From NCBI GenBank assembly GCA_964573095.1, contig CAZNIK010000002.1, positions 71,230 to 135,229 of the forward strand: a DNA stretch of 64,000 bases, given 5' to 3'. Numbering within the stretch: the stretch's first letter is position 1; every line of letters begins with the position of its first letter. This DNA is from an uncultured Candidatus Saccharibacteria bacterium. Its GTDB lineage: Bacteria; Patescibacteriota; Saccharimonadia; Saccharimonadales; 2-12-FULL-41-12. The notes beneath the pieces are model-generated. The model saw nothing but the letters and a program-made list of their open reading frames with translations, searched no databases and had not been told where the DNA came from. A program made the translations under genes and the position numbers. Positions 54,297 through 63,270 of this stretch are shown here, piece after piece.

Positions 54297-55595
54297 TTAT
54301 TCTTTCAAAAGCTGTCTTGCTATTTCTCGTTCATCCCAAGGCATTTTTTTGCCACCCATATTGCGGTAGTCTTGGTGTCCTAGGCCAGTGAGCAATACGA
54401 CATCCCTTGCCTCGGCCTCCCCAAGCGCCTGTTGGATCGCCTTTTTGCGATCATCAAAGACTTGTGTCTTCTCTGCTGCCCCCGCACGATCAATTCCATG
54501 AAAGACAGCACTACGTATGGCAGCCGGATTTTCGGTGTACGTCTCGTCATCAGTTAGATAAATCGCATCGGCGTGCTTTGCGACAACTTCTCCCATCAAT
54601 GGACGTTTATCTTTGTCTCGATCTCCAGTGGCCCCAAACACAATTCTTACCTTGCCTTTGGTGGTTAGCCGAAGTGCCGTCAGCACTTTCAGAAGCGCAT
54701 CTGGAGTATACGCATAGTCAACCAGCACCAAAAAGGGCTGGCCACCATCAATTGCCTCCATGCGCCCTGGCACAACTGCTAGATTGGCGATTCCCTGCTT
54801 TACCTCTGTTATATCAAGTCCCAAGCTTTGTCCAACACCAATGGCCGCCAGTGCATTGTAGACGTTAAATTCTCCAACCAATGTGGTATAAAAATGTACC
54901 GTCTTTTCCCCAATTCGAACGCTAAAATTAGACCCCGCTGTGTTCACATGGCACGCCGAGAGCTCCAGGGTCGAGCCAGGGGCTTTGCCGTAAGAAAGCA
55001 CAGTTCCTAGAGCGTGATTTTTATAGTAGTCATACCATTGATCGTCGACGTTCAGTATTGAAAACTCGGGCCGAAAACGTGGTCCAAACAACAAAGCCTT
55101 GGCTGCCGCGTATCGCTCCATAGTTTTGTGGTAATCCAGATGATCTTGCGTAAGATTTGTCATCACCGACACCTCAACAGGTATCCCATCGAGTCGGTGT
55201 TGGTCCAGCGCAATGCTGGTTGCCTCAATAACTACAAAGTCGACGCTTGCTCGCTTGGCGCGAGAAAAGAATTTTTGCACATCTGCCTGCCCCGCCACCG
55301 TCATATGGGAGCGATTTGGTGATTGCACGCCTTCGATTTCGTAGTAGGCGGTTGTGTAGACCGCCACGGAATAGCCGCTGGCTTTCAGCATTTCTGAGAT
55401 GTAGCTACAGGTGGTAGTTTTTCCATTGGTTCCCGTGACCGCAATTACACGCATTTTTCTCGCTGGAAAGCCGTATCGAGTCTGCCACACAACCCCTCGC
55501 GTTTTTCGGTAGCCCTGCTCAACGCCTCGAAGCGTCTTGCCTTTTACAATCTTTCGTACGATTTTTCTTGGGGTATCGCTCATAGTTCCTATCAT
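54297..55595 (-). CDS. murE: Mur ligase family protein, MurE-like, with a short N-terminal domain
   Basis: P-loop VTGTNGKTTT, GATGDRDKDKRPLMG (MurE-type) and LTDDETYTENP (compare TSDNPR). Only about 50 aa precede the P-loop. Confidence 0.7.
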   Translation of the reverse strand: MIGTMSDTPRKIVRKIVKGKTLRGVEQGYRKTRGVVWQTRYGFPARKMRVIAVTGTNGKTTTCSYISEMLKASGYSVAVYTTAYYEIEGVQSPNRSHMTVAGQADVQKFFSRAKRASVDFVVIEATSIALDQHRLDGIPVEVSVMTNLTQDHLDYHKTMERYAAAKALLFGPRFRPEFSILNVDDQWYDYYKNHALGTVLSYGKAPGSTLELSACHVNTAGSNFSVRIGEKTVHFYTTLVGEFNVYNALAAIGVGQSLGLDITEVKQGIANLAVVPGRMEAIDGGQPFLVLVDYAYTPDALLKVLTALRLTTKGKVRIVFGATGDRDKDKRPLMGEVVAKHADAIYLTDDETYTENPAAIRSAVFHGIDRAGAAEKTQVFDDRKKAIQQALGEAEARDVVLLTGLGHQDYRNMGGKKMPWDEREIARQLLKE

Positions 55596-55602
55596 ATCAG
55601 TT

Positions 55603-55611
55603 TGCTATGCT
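55603..55611 (+). promoter_or_regulatory. Extended -10 TGcTATGCT, 8 nt before the tsaD ATG 55620 (leaderless)
   Basis: tgctatgct-gtaaacag-ATG. The track TTG start at 55602 lies inside this element. Confidence 0.5.
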
Positions 55612-55619
55612 GTAAACAG

Positions 55620-56681
55620 ATGAAAATTTTAGGTATTGAAAGTAGTTGCGACGAAACCGCCGCCGCTGTAGTCGAAAATGGCCACACCCTCCTCGGTAAC
55701 GAGGTCGCCAGCAGTATTGACCTCCATAAGGCCTACGGCGGTGTGGTACCAGAAATTGCGGCAAGAAGCCATATTGAAGTCATCAATCCTTTGATAGATG
55801 CGGCGTTAGCAACTGCGAACACTGACTGGTCTGATGTTGATGGTATTGCCGTCACATACGGACCAGGACTAGGCGGAAGTTTGCTTGTTGGCGTTCTCAC
55901 CGCTCGAACCTACGCAATCACAAAAAAAATACCACTTTACGCTGTGAACCACGTGCAGGCCCATCCGTTTGCGACATTCTTAACAGATACCTTGCTTCCT
56001 AATTATCGTTTGTCGGCCTCACCACCATCCTTTCCTCTGTTGGCACTGATTGTCAGTGGTGGCCACAGCCAGCTGGTACTCTTTACTACTCCATTCCAAT
56101 ATCGTGTGCTCGGAAAAACGCGCGATGATGCCGTTGGCGAAGCCTTTGACAAAGTTGCTAAAATTTTGGGTCTTCCCTACCCAGGTGGACCAAGCGTCAG
56201 CCAAAGGGCGCTAGATGGCAATCCCAGAACGTATCAACTGCCGGTTGCACAGCTTGATTCCCCATATGACTTTAGCTTTTCTGGACTAAAAACAGCCGTT
56301 TTAAGGACGCTCCAAGCCGAAGCTGGGAAAAGCTATGATTTCCCTAGCACTAAGCTCTCAGAGCTCCTCAATGCGTCACAAATAGCAAATATGGCAGCGA
56401 GCTTTCAGTACACTGCCGTCAAAACTCTTGTGCAGACTACCAAAAAGGCCGTCTCTACCTTCGGTCCGGCCAGCATTGTTGTCGCTGGTGGGGTAGCCGC
56501 CAACCAAGAACTGCGACATCAATTAAACCAGGCGTTCGCTCTTCAGCCAATCTATCCAGACATCAAACTGTGCACTGACAATGCAGCGATGATTGCGACC
56601 TTAGGTTGTCTCATGAGGCAACACCGCAAACCACCGGTTGACCCTTACTCTCTAGAGGCATTGCCCAACCTCAGTATGTAA
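55620..56681 (+). CDS. tsaD: tRNA N6-adenosine threonylcarbamoyltransferase
   Basis: MKILGIESSCDETAAAV and metal site HVQAH. Confidence 0.93.
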   Translation: MKILGIESSCDETAAAVVENGHTLLGNEVASSIDLHKAYGGVVPEIAARSHIEVINPLIDAALATANTDWSDVDGIAVTYGPGLGGSLLVGVLTARTYAITKKIPLYAVNHVQAHPFATFLTDTLLPNYRLSASPPSFPLLALIVSGGHSQLVLFTTPFQYRVLGKTRDDAVGEAFDKVAKILGLPYPGGPSVSQRALDGNPRTYQLPVAQLDSPYDFSFSGLKTAVLRTLQAEAGKSYDFPSTKLSELLNASQIANMAASFQYTAVKTLVQTTKKAVSTFGPASIVVAGGVAANQELRHQLNQAFALQPIYPDIKLCTDNAAMIATLGCLMRQHRKPPVDPYSLEALPNLSM

Positions 56682-56747
56682 AACCTAGCTTTGACATATT
56701 TCACGTGAAAAGCAAATTCAAGATTGATGCTGAATTTTTTACAGAGG

Positions 56748-56756
56748 TGGTATACT
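56748..56756 (+). promoter_or_regulatory. Extended -10 TGgTATACT, 9 nt before the valS ATG 56766 (leaderless)
   Basis: tggtatact-gctacgtac-ATG. Confidence 0.55.
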
Positions 56757-56765
56757 GCTACGTAC

Positions 56766-59336
56766 ATGAGTCTTGCGAAATCCTACGATCCAGGCCAACA
56801 CGAAGCTGCAATCTATGCGCTTTGGGAGAAAAGCGGTGCCTTCCTGCCAGAACACCGAGGCAGCGATGAGTACTACAGTATTGTCATGCCGCCGCCAAAT
56901 GCGAATGCTGATATTCATATTGGCTATGCCTTAACCGCAGCTCTCGAAGACATCCCCGCTCGGTACCATCGCATGAAAGGCAAGGCAACCTTGTTGTTAC
57001 CAGGCGCCGACCACGCTGGCTTTGAAACCCAGTCGGTATATGAAAAACATCTCGCCAAGGAAGGGAAGAGCCGCTTCGATTTTTCGCGAGCCGAGCTCTA
57101 TAGCCAAATATGGGATTTCGTGGCGCAAAACAAAGCCAGCTTTGAGACCCAAATACGAAGTCTTGGGGTAAGCGCCGATTGGACACGTTTTACCTTTACG
57201 CTCGATAAAAAAATCGTTGATACGGCTTATCAAACGTTCAAGAAGATGTGGGACGAAGGGCTAATTTACAGAGGTGAACGATTAGTAAATTATTGCACCT
57301 TTCACGGCACGGGCTTTGCCGATATTGAGGTCGAATACCGTGAGCAACAGGGAAGTATGTGGAGCCTTCGTTATCCGCTGACAGACGGCAGCGGGGAAGT
57401 GGTCGTCGCAACGACCCGCCCAGAAACAATGCTGGGAGATGTTGCGGTTGCCGTTCATCCCAAAGATGCTCGCTACAGTCAATTCATTGGAAAAACCGTA
57501 AAACTCCCACTAACACACCGTGAACTACCAATACTTGCCGATGAGTTTGTCGATCAGAGCTTTGGTACAGGTGCTGTAAAAATTACACCGGCTCACGATG
57601 TAAATGATTTTGAGGTTGCCGAACGGCATGATTTGCCGAAGCTATCAGTGATAAACCATGACGGCACACTCAACCATAACGTTCCAGAGCAATATCAAGG
57701 TCTCACAGTAAAAGAAGCCCGCAAAAAAGTGCTAACTGATTTAAAAGAACAGGGATGGTTAGTGGACACAAAGGACCACACCAACAGTGTTGGACACTGC
57801 TATAAATGTGGCACTGTAATCGAACCACTCCTAAAAGAACAATGGTTTATCAACATGGAGCCTTTGGCAAAGAACGCGATCGACGCGCTCACTTCCAAGA
57901 AAATTACGTTTTATCCCCACAGCAAAATGAACCAGCTGATTCGCTATCTCGAGGGCTTGCGCGACTGGAATATTAGCCGACAAATTGCGTGGGGGATCCC
58001 AATCCCGGCATTTCAAAACGTCGACGACCCCGAGGACTGGGTTTTTGACACTCGCGTTGATGACGCAATTTTACAGATAGATGGCAAGACCTATCGGCGG
58101 GACACTGATGTGTTTGACACCTGGTTTTCAAGTTCAAGTTGGCCATATGCAACACTTGATTTTCCCGATGGCTCTGACTTCGCAACATTATATCCTCTTA
58201 GCCTCATGGAAACCGGGGGCGAAATTCTCTACCCCTGGGTTAGCCGCATGATAATGCTTGGCTTGTACGCGACAAACAAGGTCCCGTTCAAAGAAGTGTA
58301 CATCCATGGCTACGTGATGGCAGAGGACGGCTCAAAGATGAGTAAGTCTATAGGAAACGTGGTCGATCCGCTGCCAATAGTTCAAAAATATGGATCAGAT
58401 GCACTGCGAATGGGTATTATTTCTGGTCGCTCTCCAGCTGTAAATAGGGGCTATGACCCAAGAAAAGTTGAAGATGCCAGAAACTTTGCAAATAAACTCT
58501 GGAACATCGCCCGCTTCGTCGAAAGTGCAGTCGGCACGTCGCTCCAACCAAATGTTATTCCGCACCCGACATCAGTTGCTGACCACTGGGTATTGGAGCG
58601 ACTCAACACATCCACAACACAAATTAGTTCCCATATTGAAAAGTATCGTTTTTCTGAGGCGTATGAGCTGTTGTACCACCTTGTATGGGACGAGATAGCC
58701 GATTGGTATGTAGAGTTCAGCAAAACAAATGTCAACGACTCAGTACTCGCATATACGTTGATGAGTACTCTCACTATCGCACACCCATTTGCACCATTTG
58801 TTACCGAAGCAATTTGGCAAAAACTATTTACTACCGACGGTGTGCTAGCCACACACTCCTGGCCAAGCGCCGTTCCTGTCGACCCTAAAAAAGCCAAAGA
58901 GTTTGAAGCAATACGTCGACTGGTAAGTGAGATCCGTCAGATTAAAACACTCACTCTCTCGAACGGGGGACAACTATACTTTGAATCGTCACGCTTGATA
59001 GAAAACAACGTCGAAACAATTACGCGCTTGGCCCGACTGCGGGCTGTCAAAGAAGCACAGCAGGGCAGGGGAGTTGCCTTAACAAAAACTGATGAGCGGT
59101 GTTGGCTCGAAATTGACACCAAAAAAATTCACGAGTTTCTACGGTCGCAAGCAGATCGTCAGCAGGATTTACAGCAAAAAATTTCGCACCTAGAAGTCCG
59201 GCTACACAATAAAAGCTATCTGCAAAAAGCACCGAAGCACCTTGTCGCTGAAAGTCGTGCCCAACTCGATAACCTCACGCAAGAACTTGAGACCGTAACT
59301 ACCCAGATTAATCAGTTTTCACAAAAAAGCAGTTAG
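56766..59336 (+). CDS. valS: Valine--tRNA ligase
   Basis: PPPNANADIHIGYAL (HIGH region), KMSKS and a C-terminal coiled coil. The track start at 56724 adds 14 residues. Confidence 0.97.
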   Translation: MSLAKSYDPGQHEAAIYALWEKSGAFLPEHRGSDEYYSIVMPPPNANADIHIGYALTAALEDIPARYHRMKGKATLLLPGADHAGFETQSVYEKHLAKEGKSRFDFSRAELYSQIWDFVAQNKASFETQIRSLGVSADWTRFTFTLDKKIVDTAYQTFKKMWDEGLIYRGERLVNYCTFHGTGFADIEVEYREQQGSMWSLRYPLTDGSGEVVVATTRPETMLGDVAVAVHPKDARYSQFIGKTVKLPLTHRELPILADEFVDQSFGTGAVKITPAHDVNDFEVAERHDLPKLSVINHDGTLNHNVPEQYQGLTVKEARKKVLTDLKEQGWLVDTKDHTNSVGHCYKCGTVIEPLLKEQWFINMEPLAKNAIDALTSKKITFYPHSKMNQLIRYLEGLRDWNISRQIAWGIPIPAFQNVDDPEDWVFDTRVDDAILQIDGKTYRRDTDVFDTWFSSSSWPYATLDFPDGSDFATLYPLSLMETGGEILYPWVSRMIMLGLYATNKVPFKEVYIHGYVMAEDGSKMSKSIGNVVDPLPIVQKYGSDALRMGIISGRSPAVNRGYDPRKVEDARNFANKLWNIARFVESAVGTSLQPNVIPHPTSVADHWVLERLNTSTTQISSHIEKYRFSEAYELLYHLVWDEIADWYVEFSKTNVNDSVLAYTLMSTLTIAHPFAPFVTEAIWQKLFTTDGVLATHSWPSAVPVDPKKAKEFEAIRRLVSEIRQIKTLTLSNGGQLYFESSRLIENNVETITRLARLRAVKEAQQGRGVALTKTDERCWLEIDTKKIHEFLRSQADRQQDLQQKISHLEVRLHNKSYLQKAPKHLVAESRAQLDNLTQELETVTTQINQFSQKSS

Positions 59337-59785
59337 TAGTTATACCAACGTGCAAAATCCATCTTAAACCGTTTTTGAGGCTTCGCCCCGTAAAAATTTC
59401 TTACTTTATTCCCCGGAATAAAACACAGCGCAATCACTGCAACGATAGCTATCAAGCGAAATAACTCCACCTCAAGCAATCTTTCAAGTATTAACAGTGA
59501 TGCGACTGCAATAATCCACAAACTGCCGCGGGAGCCAAAGTCATGTACTCTTCTAATAATCAACGATGCCATCATAACCACGTAGGGTATTGCAATGGCC
59601 ACTCCCGCCAAAAAAGTAAAGCCGGTAATTACTATGCTGTCACCGACTTTGGGCGCAACAATGCCAATGAGCGCCACTGGAACCAAAATCACAAACATCA
59701 CTACCAGTGCAGTTATGGTTGCAACCGATGATGCGACAAAAAAAGATCTTCTGTCGAGTCGGCCTTTTACAAGATTTGAATACAT
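59333..59785 (-). CDS. DUF805-family membrane protein
   Basis: 150 aa. RRVHDFGSRGSLW resembles the DUF805 RRLHDxxxSGW motif. Several TM helices. Confidence 0.7.
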   Translation of the reverse strand: MYSNLVKGRLDRRSFFVASSVATITALVVMFVILVPVALIGIVAPKVGDSIVITGFTFLAGVAIAIPYVVMMASLIIRRVHDFGSRGSLWIIAVASLLILERLLEVELFRLIAIVAVIALCFIPGNKVRNFYGAKPQKRFKMDFARWYNY

Positions 59786-59813
59786 TACAGCTATATTAGA
59801 CCCTAGAAGCTAA

Positions 59814-60674
59814 TTAATAGGCAAGAATCTCTTTGACTCGCTCCACGGAATTTGATGGCTGATAGTCATCAAACCAGACAACTTTCCAGCCAGCACGCTC
59901 GGCACCCATAAGATTCGCCCGAGAGTCATCAATAAGAAGTATTTCCGATGCTTCGACTCCGGCTTTTGCTTGGGCAATTTCGAATATTTTTGGCTCTGGT
60001 TTTATGGCTCTCACCATCGATGAATCAATGATTGTATCGTAGCTTATGTTCGGAAGCGTGCCGTTCGAAATCATCGTTTCGATAAGTCCCGGCATGATGT
60101 TGCTGAGTAGCCCCACTTTGTAGTGCTCAGCAGCCCACAGCAGCAGCTCTTTTGACTCCGAAATTGGGTCGATCGCGGCAAGATAGTACGAAGACCAGTC
60201 AAATGTGGGCGTTTCGAATTGCTTTGCGAGCACGGTGTTAAATTCTTCAATCGGCAAGTCACCGCGACAAACTGCGTCATTGTAGTGCCAATAGGTCGTT
60301 TCCACGATGTCGGGGTTTACGCCAACATCTTTGGCAATCTTGCCAAACGCTTGATGGAAAAACCGCACCAAGCAGCCGTTGATATCGAAATACACAAATG
60401 ACACGCCCGACTTAGAAATTTTCTTTGAGCGGTGGAGTGTCGTCGCACCCAAAAGTTCATCAACAGTAGTTCCGAGTACCGCTGCAATCTGTTGAACGGT
60501 AAAGATTGACGGTGATTTTATTGCTCCCCGCTCAATTTTTGCGAGCGTCGAGTAGCTTAGGCCAGATTTTTGACACAGTTCCTGCTGGGTAAAACCGGCG
60601 TCTTTTCGCGCCTGCTGCAGACGCCTGCCTAAGCTTTTTTCTTGCATAGCTCTCTTAATCCCTCCCTCGTTCAC
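59814..60674 (-). CDS. XRE-family HTH domain fused to a HAD-like hydrolase domain
   Basis: HTH LGRRLQQARKDAGFTQQELCQKSGLSYSTLAKIERG. HAD-like motif I reads FDINGCL (DxN rather than DxD), motif II LLSN and motif IV LIDDS. The start may be ATG 60647 (MQEKS). Confidence 0.75.
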   Translation of the reverse strand: MNEGGIKRAMQEKSLGRRLQQARKDAGFTQQELCQKSGLSYSTLAKIERGAIKSPSIFTVQQIAAVLGTTVDELLGATTLHRSKKISKSGVSFVYFDINGCLVRFFHQAFGKIAKDVGVNPDIVETTYWHYNDAVCRGDLPIEEFNTVLAKQFETPTFDWSSYYLAAIDPISESKELLLWAAEHYKVGLLSNIMPGLIETMISNGTLPNISYDTIIDSSMVRAIKPEPKIFEIAQAKAGVEASEILLIDDSRANLMGAERAGWKVVWFDDYQPSNSVERVKEILAY

Positions 60675-60777
60675 AACTACTTACTGTCTGGCAAAACCAC
60701 CAACTTTGAAGACAAAAACTATGGCCATATCATACCAGTTTTTCGGTAAATAATGCGAAGAAACTAGTAAAATTACG

Positions 60778-60963
60778 CTAGCCTTCCGTGAAAGAAGCAA
60801 CCATTATCATAACGGTTACCCCGACCACAAACGCAAATAGTGCAGCAATCGCAGTCAGAATCAACGATGCCCGAGCATTATTTCCTGTTCGTTGCATGGT
60901 CTTGCTGTACGTCCATGCGCCCACCCCCAGCGCCAGAAACAGTCCTACTACGACGTTACTCAT
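60778..60963 (-). CDS. Small two-helix membrane protein (hypothetical)
   Basis: Track ORF, 61 aa, with two hydrophobic helices. Confidence 0.4.
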   Translation of the reverse strand: MSNVVVGLFLALGVGAWTYSKTMQRTGNNARASLILTAIAALFAFVVGVTVMIMVASFTEG

Positions 60964-60978
60964 TCACCCTAGTATAGC

Positions 60979-60987
60979 TGATATAGT
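60979..60987 (+). promoter_or_regulatory. Extended -10 TGaTATAGT, 9 nt before ATG 60997 (leaderless)
   Basis: tgatatagt-ctataaggt-ATG. Confidence 0.55.
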
Positions 60988-60996
60988 CTATAAGGT

Positions 60997-61983
60997 ATGG
61001 CTAGTTTACGAACCACACTCAGCTATCTCTGCATTTCTCTGGCAGCAATATGTGCGCTTATTGCCGCCTCGCTTTATGCCTTTTACTCGACATTTAATGC
61101 GAGCGCAATAGAGGGGGTTTTGGACGAGAAAAATATATATTCCAAGGTGGTGCCCTCAATAATTTCTGCCGCCAACACGGTTGAAACCCAAAACAAAATC
61201 GGTAATATACCACTAAACGAACCTTGGGTGCTCGACATCGCAAACAAGGCCTTTGATCAATCAACAATGAAAACAGCCACTACTGCAATAGTAGATGGAA
61301 CGTTTCGTTGGCTAGAAGGCAAAGCCCCTTCGCCGGACTTCCGCGTAGATCTTGGCCCCAATAAACAACTACTTGCAGACAGCGTAGGAGAATACGTGAC
61401 GAACCGAAGCCAAAATCTACCAATTTGCACCCTAAAAGACCTCCAGAATCTCCCACCAGATATAAGCGTCTACTCTTCGCCGTGTCGCCCATCGTTCATT
61501 TCGCCTCAGCAAACCGGTCAAATTGCTCGAACCCAAATATTGACCAATCAAGACATATTAAAAGACCCGGTGCTAAACCCTTCAAGTGTCAATGACTCTA
61601 CAAACGGCTCAGTATTTGACGCACTCTCTCCGCTTCGTGTGCTTTTGAGCAACAAGGGAGCGTTTCTAGGCGGGTTTATCACACTCACGCTAGTTTTTGT
61701 GGTCGTGGGGGTAATGCTGGCAAAAAGCCGCTCTGTAGCGCTTAAACGCGTAAGTATATCGCTTTCGATTGCGGCAGTGAGTATTGCAGCCACAATGGGG
61801 TTTTCTGCACTGTTTATCCGCCAAATGACACAGAGTAACAGTGGCAATCAATTTTTTAGCGATATCGTGGCCCCCGTGGTTAGCGGATTGACACACATTA
61901 TGATAACCAGCTACATAATTGCTTTTGCGGTCTTTCTCACTCTTTCTGGGGTATGTTACGGACTATACCGTTTCCGAAAATAG
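60997..61983 (+). CDS. Multi-pass membrane protein (hypothetical)
   Basis: Track ORF, 328 aa. N-terminal TM helix, a soluble loop of about 190 aa, and C-terminal TM helices. Confidence 0.6.
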   Translation: MASLRTTLSYLCISLAAICALIAASLYAFYSTFNASAIEGVLDEKNIYSKVVPSIISAANTVETQNKIGNIPLNEPWVLDIANKAFDQSTMKTATTAIVDGTFRWLEGKAPSPDFRVDLGPNKQLLADSVGEYVTNRSQNLPICTLKDLQNLPPDISVYSSPCRPSFISPQQTGQIARTQILTNQDILKDPVLNPSSVNDSTNGSVFDALSPLRVLLSNKGAFLGGFITLTLVFVVVGVMLAKSRSVALKRVSISLSIAAVSIAATMGFSALFIRQMTQSNSGNQFFSDIVAPVVSGLTHIMITSYIIAFAVFLTLSGVCYGLYRFRK

Positions 61984-61988
61984 GAGCC

Positions 61989-62080
61989 TGGCGGAGAGAC
62001 AGGGATTCGAACCCTGGGTACCGGTTGCCCGGCACACTGCTTTTCGAGAGCAGCGCCTTCAACCACTCGGCCATCTCTCC
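61989..62080 (-). tRNA. tRNA-Ser (anticodon CGA), CCA encoded
   Basis: Hand-folded cloverleaf. Acceptor GGAGAGA/TCTCTCC. D arm GCCGAGTGGTTGAAGGC. Anticodon arm CTGCT-CTCGAAA-AGCAG. Long variable arm CCGG-GCAA-CCGG. T arm CAGGG-TTCGAAT-CCCTG. Discriminator G followed by CCA. 92 nt. Confidence 0.95.
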
Positions 62081-62204
62081 ATCTTAGACGTAGTATACCG
62101 AATTTGAGATATTGTGAATAAAACGTTCCGAAATCGTAAAATGTTTGGCACAATAGTGCTTGAAGAAGGTGGCGGGAAAAGCCTAATGACTCTGGTCGTT
62201 CACC

Positions 62205-63092
62205 ATGATACAAACACTCGAATCTCCAATAATAGAAACCTATATATCCCACGTTGGACAGATTGACAGCGAGCAAAAGTGGCCGTATGCACACGATCAA
62301 CTGACCGATCTTTCCCAGCGATTTGGCAGAGTTTGTGTCGAGTCGGCAGAACAACGCGTGGTACCCGATATGACGCATCTCCGTAGAATTTTAGGAATCA
62401 TGTATGACGATGCAACTGAGCGTGATTATTTGAGAGACCGGGCAAAAATGCTCGAAATAAGTACTGGGCTGCTTGACGGCGGCACCAACCCTAATCTTTT
62501 ATTGCAAACCCAAAAGGCGCTCCAAAAAGAAACCGCCCTGCAGCTAGAAAAAAATCTGGAGTACATGAATCATCGCTCGGACTACGTCAAGGGCCACATC
62601 AAAGGACGTGTTGCCGAATTGGTTACTCTGGGGTCAATTAACTTCCTCGAGGATCCCAATTTTGTGGCAATTCCTGCCCTGCCGCATCACGATCAAAATC
62701 CAAAACCGAGCAATAGTTATGATGTGCTACTTTTGTATCAAAAGCGGGGGAAGCCTTCGGCGCAACAGATTCAAGTCAAGTTTAAGTGCCAAAATTTTTG
62801 CGACCGGCCCTTGGTGCAGCCCCACAAAAACAATGACCAAAGAAAGTACAATCACCGTATTGCAATCGTGTCTGGGCACTGCGACATCGGCATGAACCCC
62901 CAAGACCTCAGTTACGGCGATATGCTTGCACGCTCAACACTCAAACCAGAAACGATCACCAACAATGAATTTGATAAGCTTTTCTCGATCGGCAATAGCT
63001 TAATAAAAACTCTTACCGGCGCCAATTTGAAAGACCGACTTGGGCGAACAACATTAGGTTCGACGAACTGGAGAAAGACGCGTGGCGAATAA
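62205..63092 (+). CDS. Hypothetical protein with a PD-(D/E)xK-nuclease-like motif arrangement
   Basis: Track ORF, 295 aa. GRVAELVTLGSINFL ... SYDVLLLYQKRGKPSAQQIQVKFK gives E138, D173 and Q190-x-K192, reminiscent of restriction-endonuclease-fold cores. No SD and no clear promoter. Confidence 0.5.
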   Translation: MIQTLESPIIETYISHVGQIDSEQKWPYAHDQLTDLSQRFGRVCVESAEQRVVPDMTHLRRILGIMYDDATERDYLRDRAKMLEISTGLLDGGTNPNLLLQTQKALQKETALQLEKNLEYMNHRSDYVKGHIKGRVAELVTLGSINFLEDPNFVAIPALPHHDQNPKPSNSYDVLLLYQKRGKPSAQQIQVKFKCQNFCDRPLVQPHKNNDQRKYNHRIAIVSGHCDIGMNPQDLSYGDMLARSTLKPETITNNEFDKLFSIGNSLIKTLTGANLKDRLGRTTLGSTNWRKTRGE

Positions 63093-63270
63093 CAAAGAAA
63101 GCTTCGAGCTTAGTTCGGACGAAGATCACAAGTTACTGTTAGTATCCGACCAAAATGAATTGGTTGACCTACACAAATATGAGGCTCGAGTGTGGGAGTT
63201 CACCAAAAGTGCTGTCTTCAATCATGTCGAAATTGGTGGCGGTAAAAGGGGAGACGGCGTAAAAGATTGA
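63082..63270 (+). CDS. Hypothetical 62-codon ORF, possibly the N-terminal part of a TGA-interrupted gene
   Basis: GTG start with GGAG 8 nt upstream. Overlaps the upstream ORF by 11 nt. Ends in TGA at 63268-63270, in frame with the next ORF. Confidence 0.4.
   Translation: MANNKESFELSSDEDHKLLLVSDQNELVDLHKYEARVWEFTKSAVFNHVEIGGGKRGDGVKD

Noticed and set aside
63268-63270. Genome-wide reassignment of UGA (genetic code 25 or 4) as the explanation for the in-frame TGA
   Set aside because: TGA ends several conserved genes at their expected C-termini in this window: doc, purA, guaB and the TPR gene. No other conserved gene needs TGA read-through to be full length.
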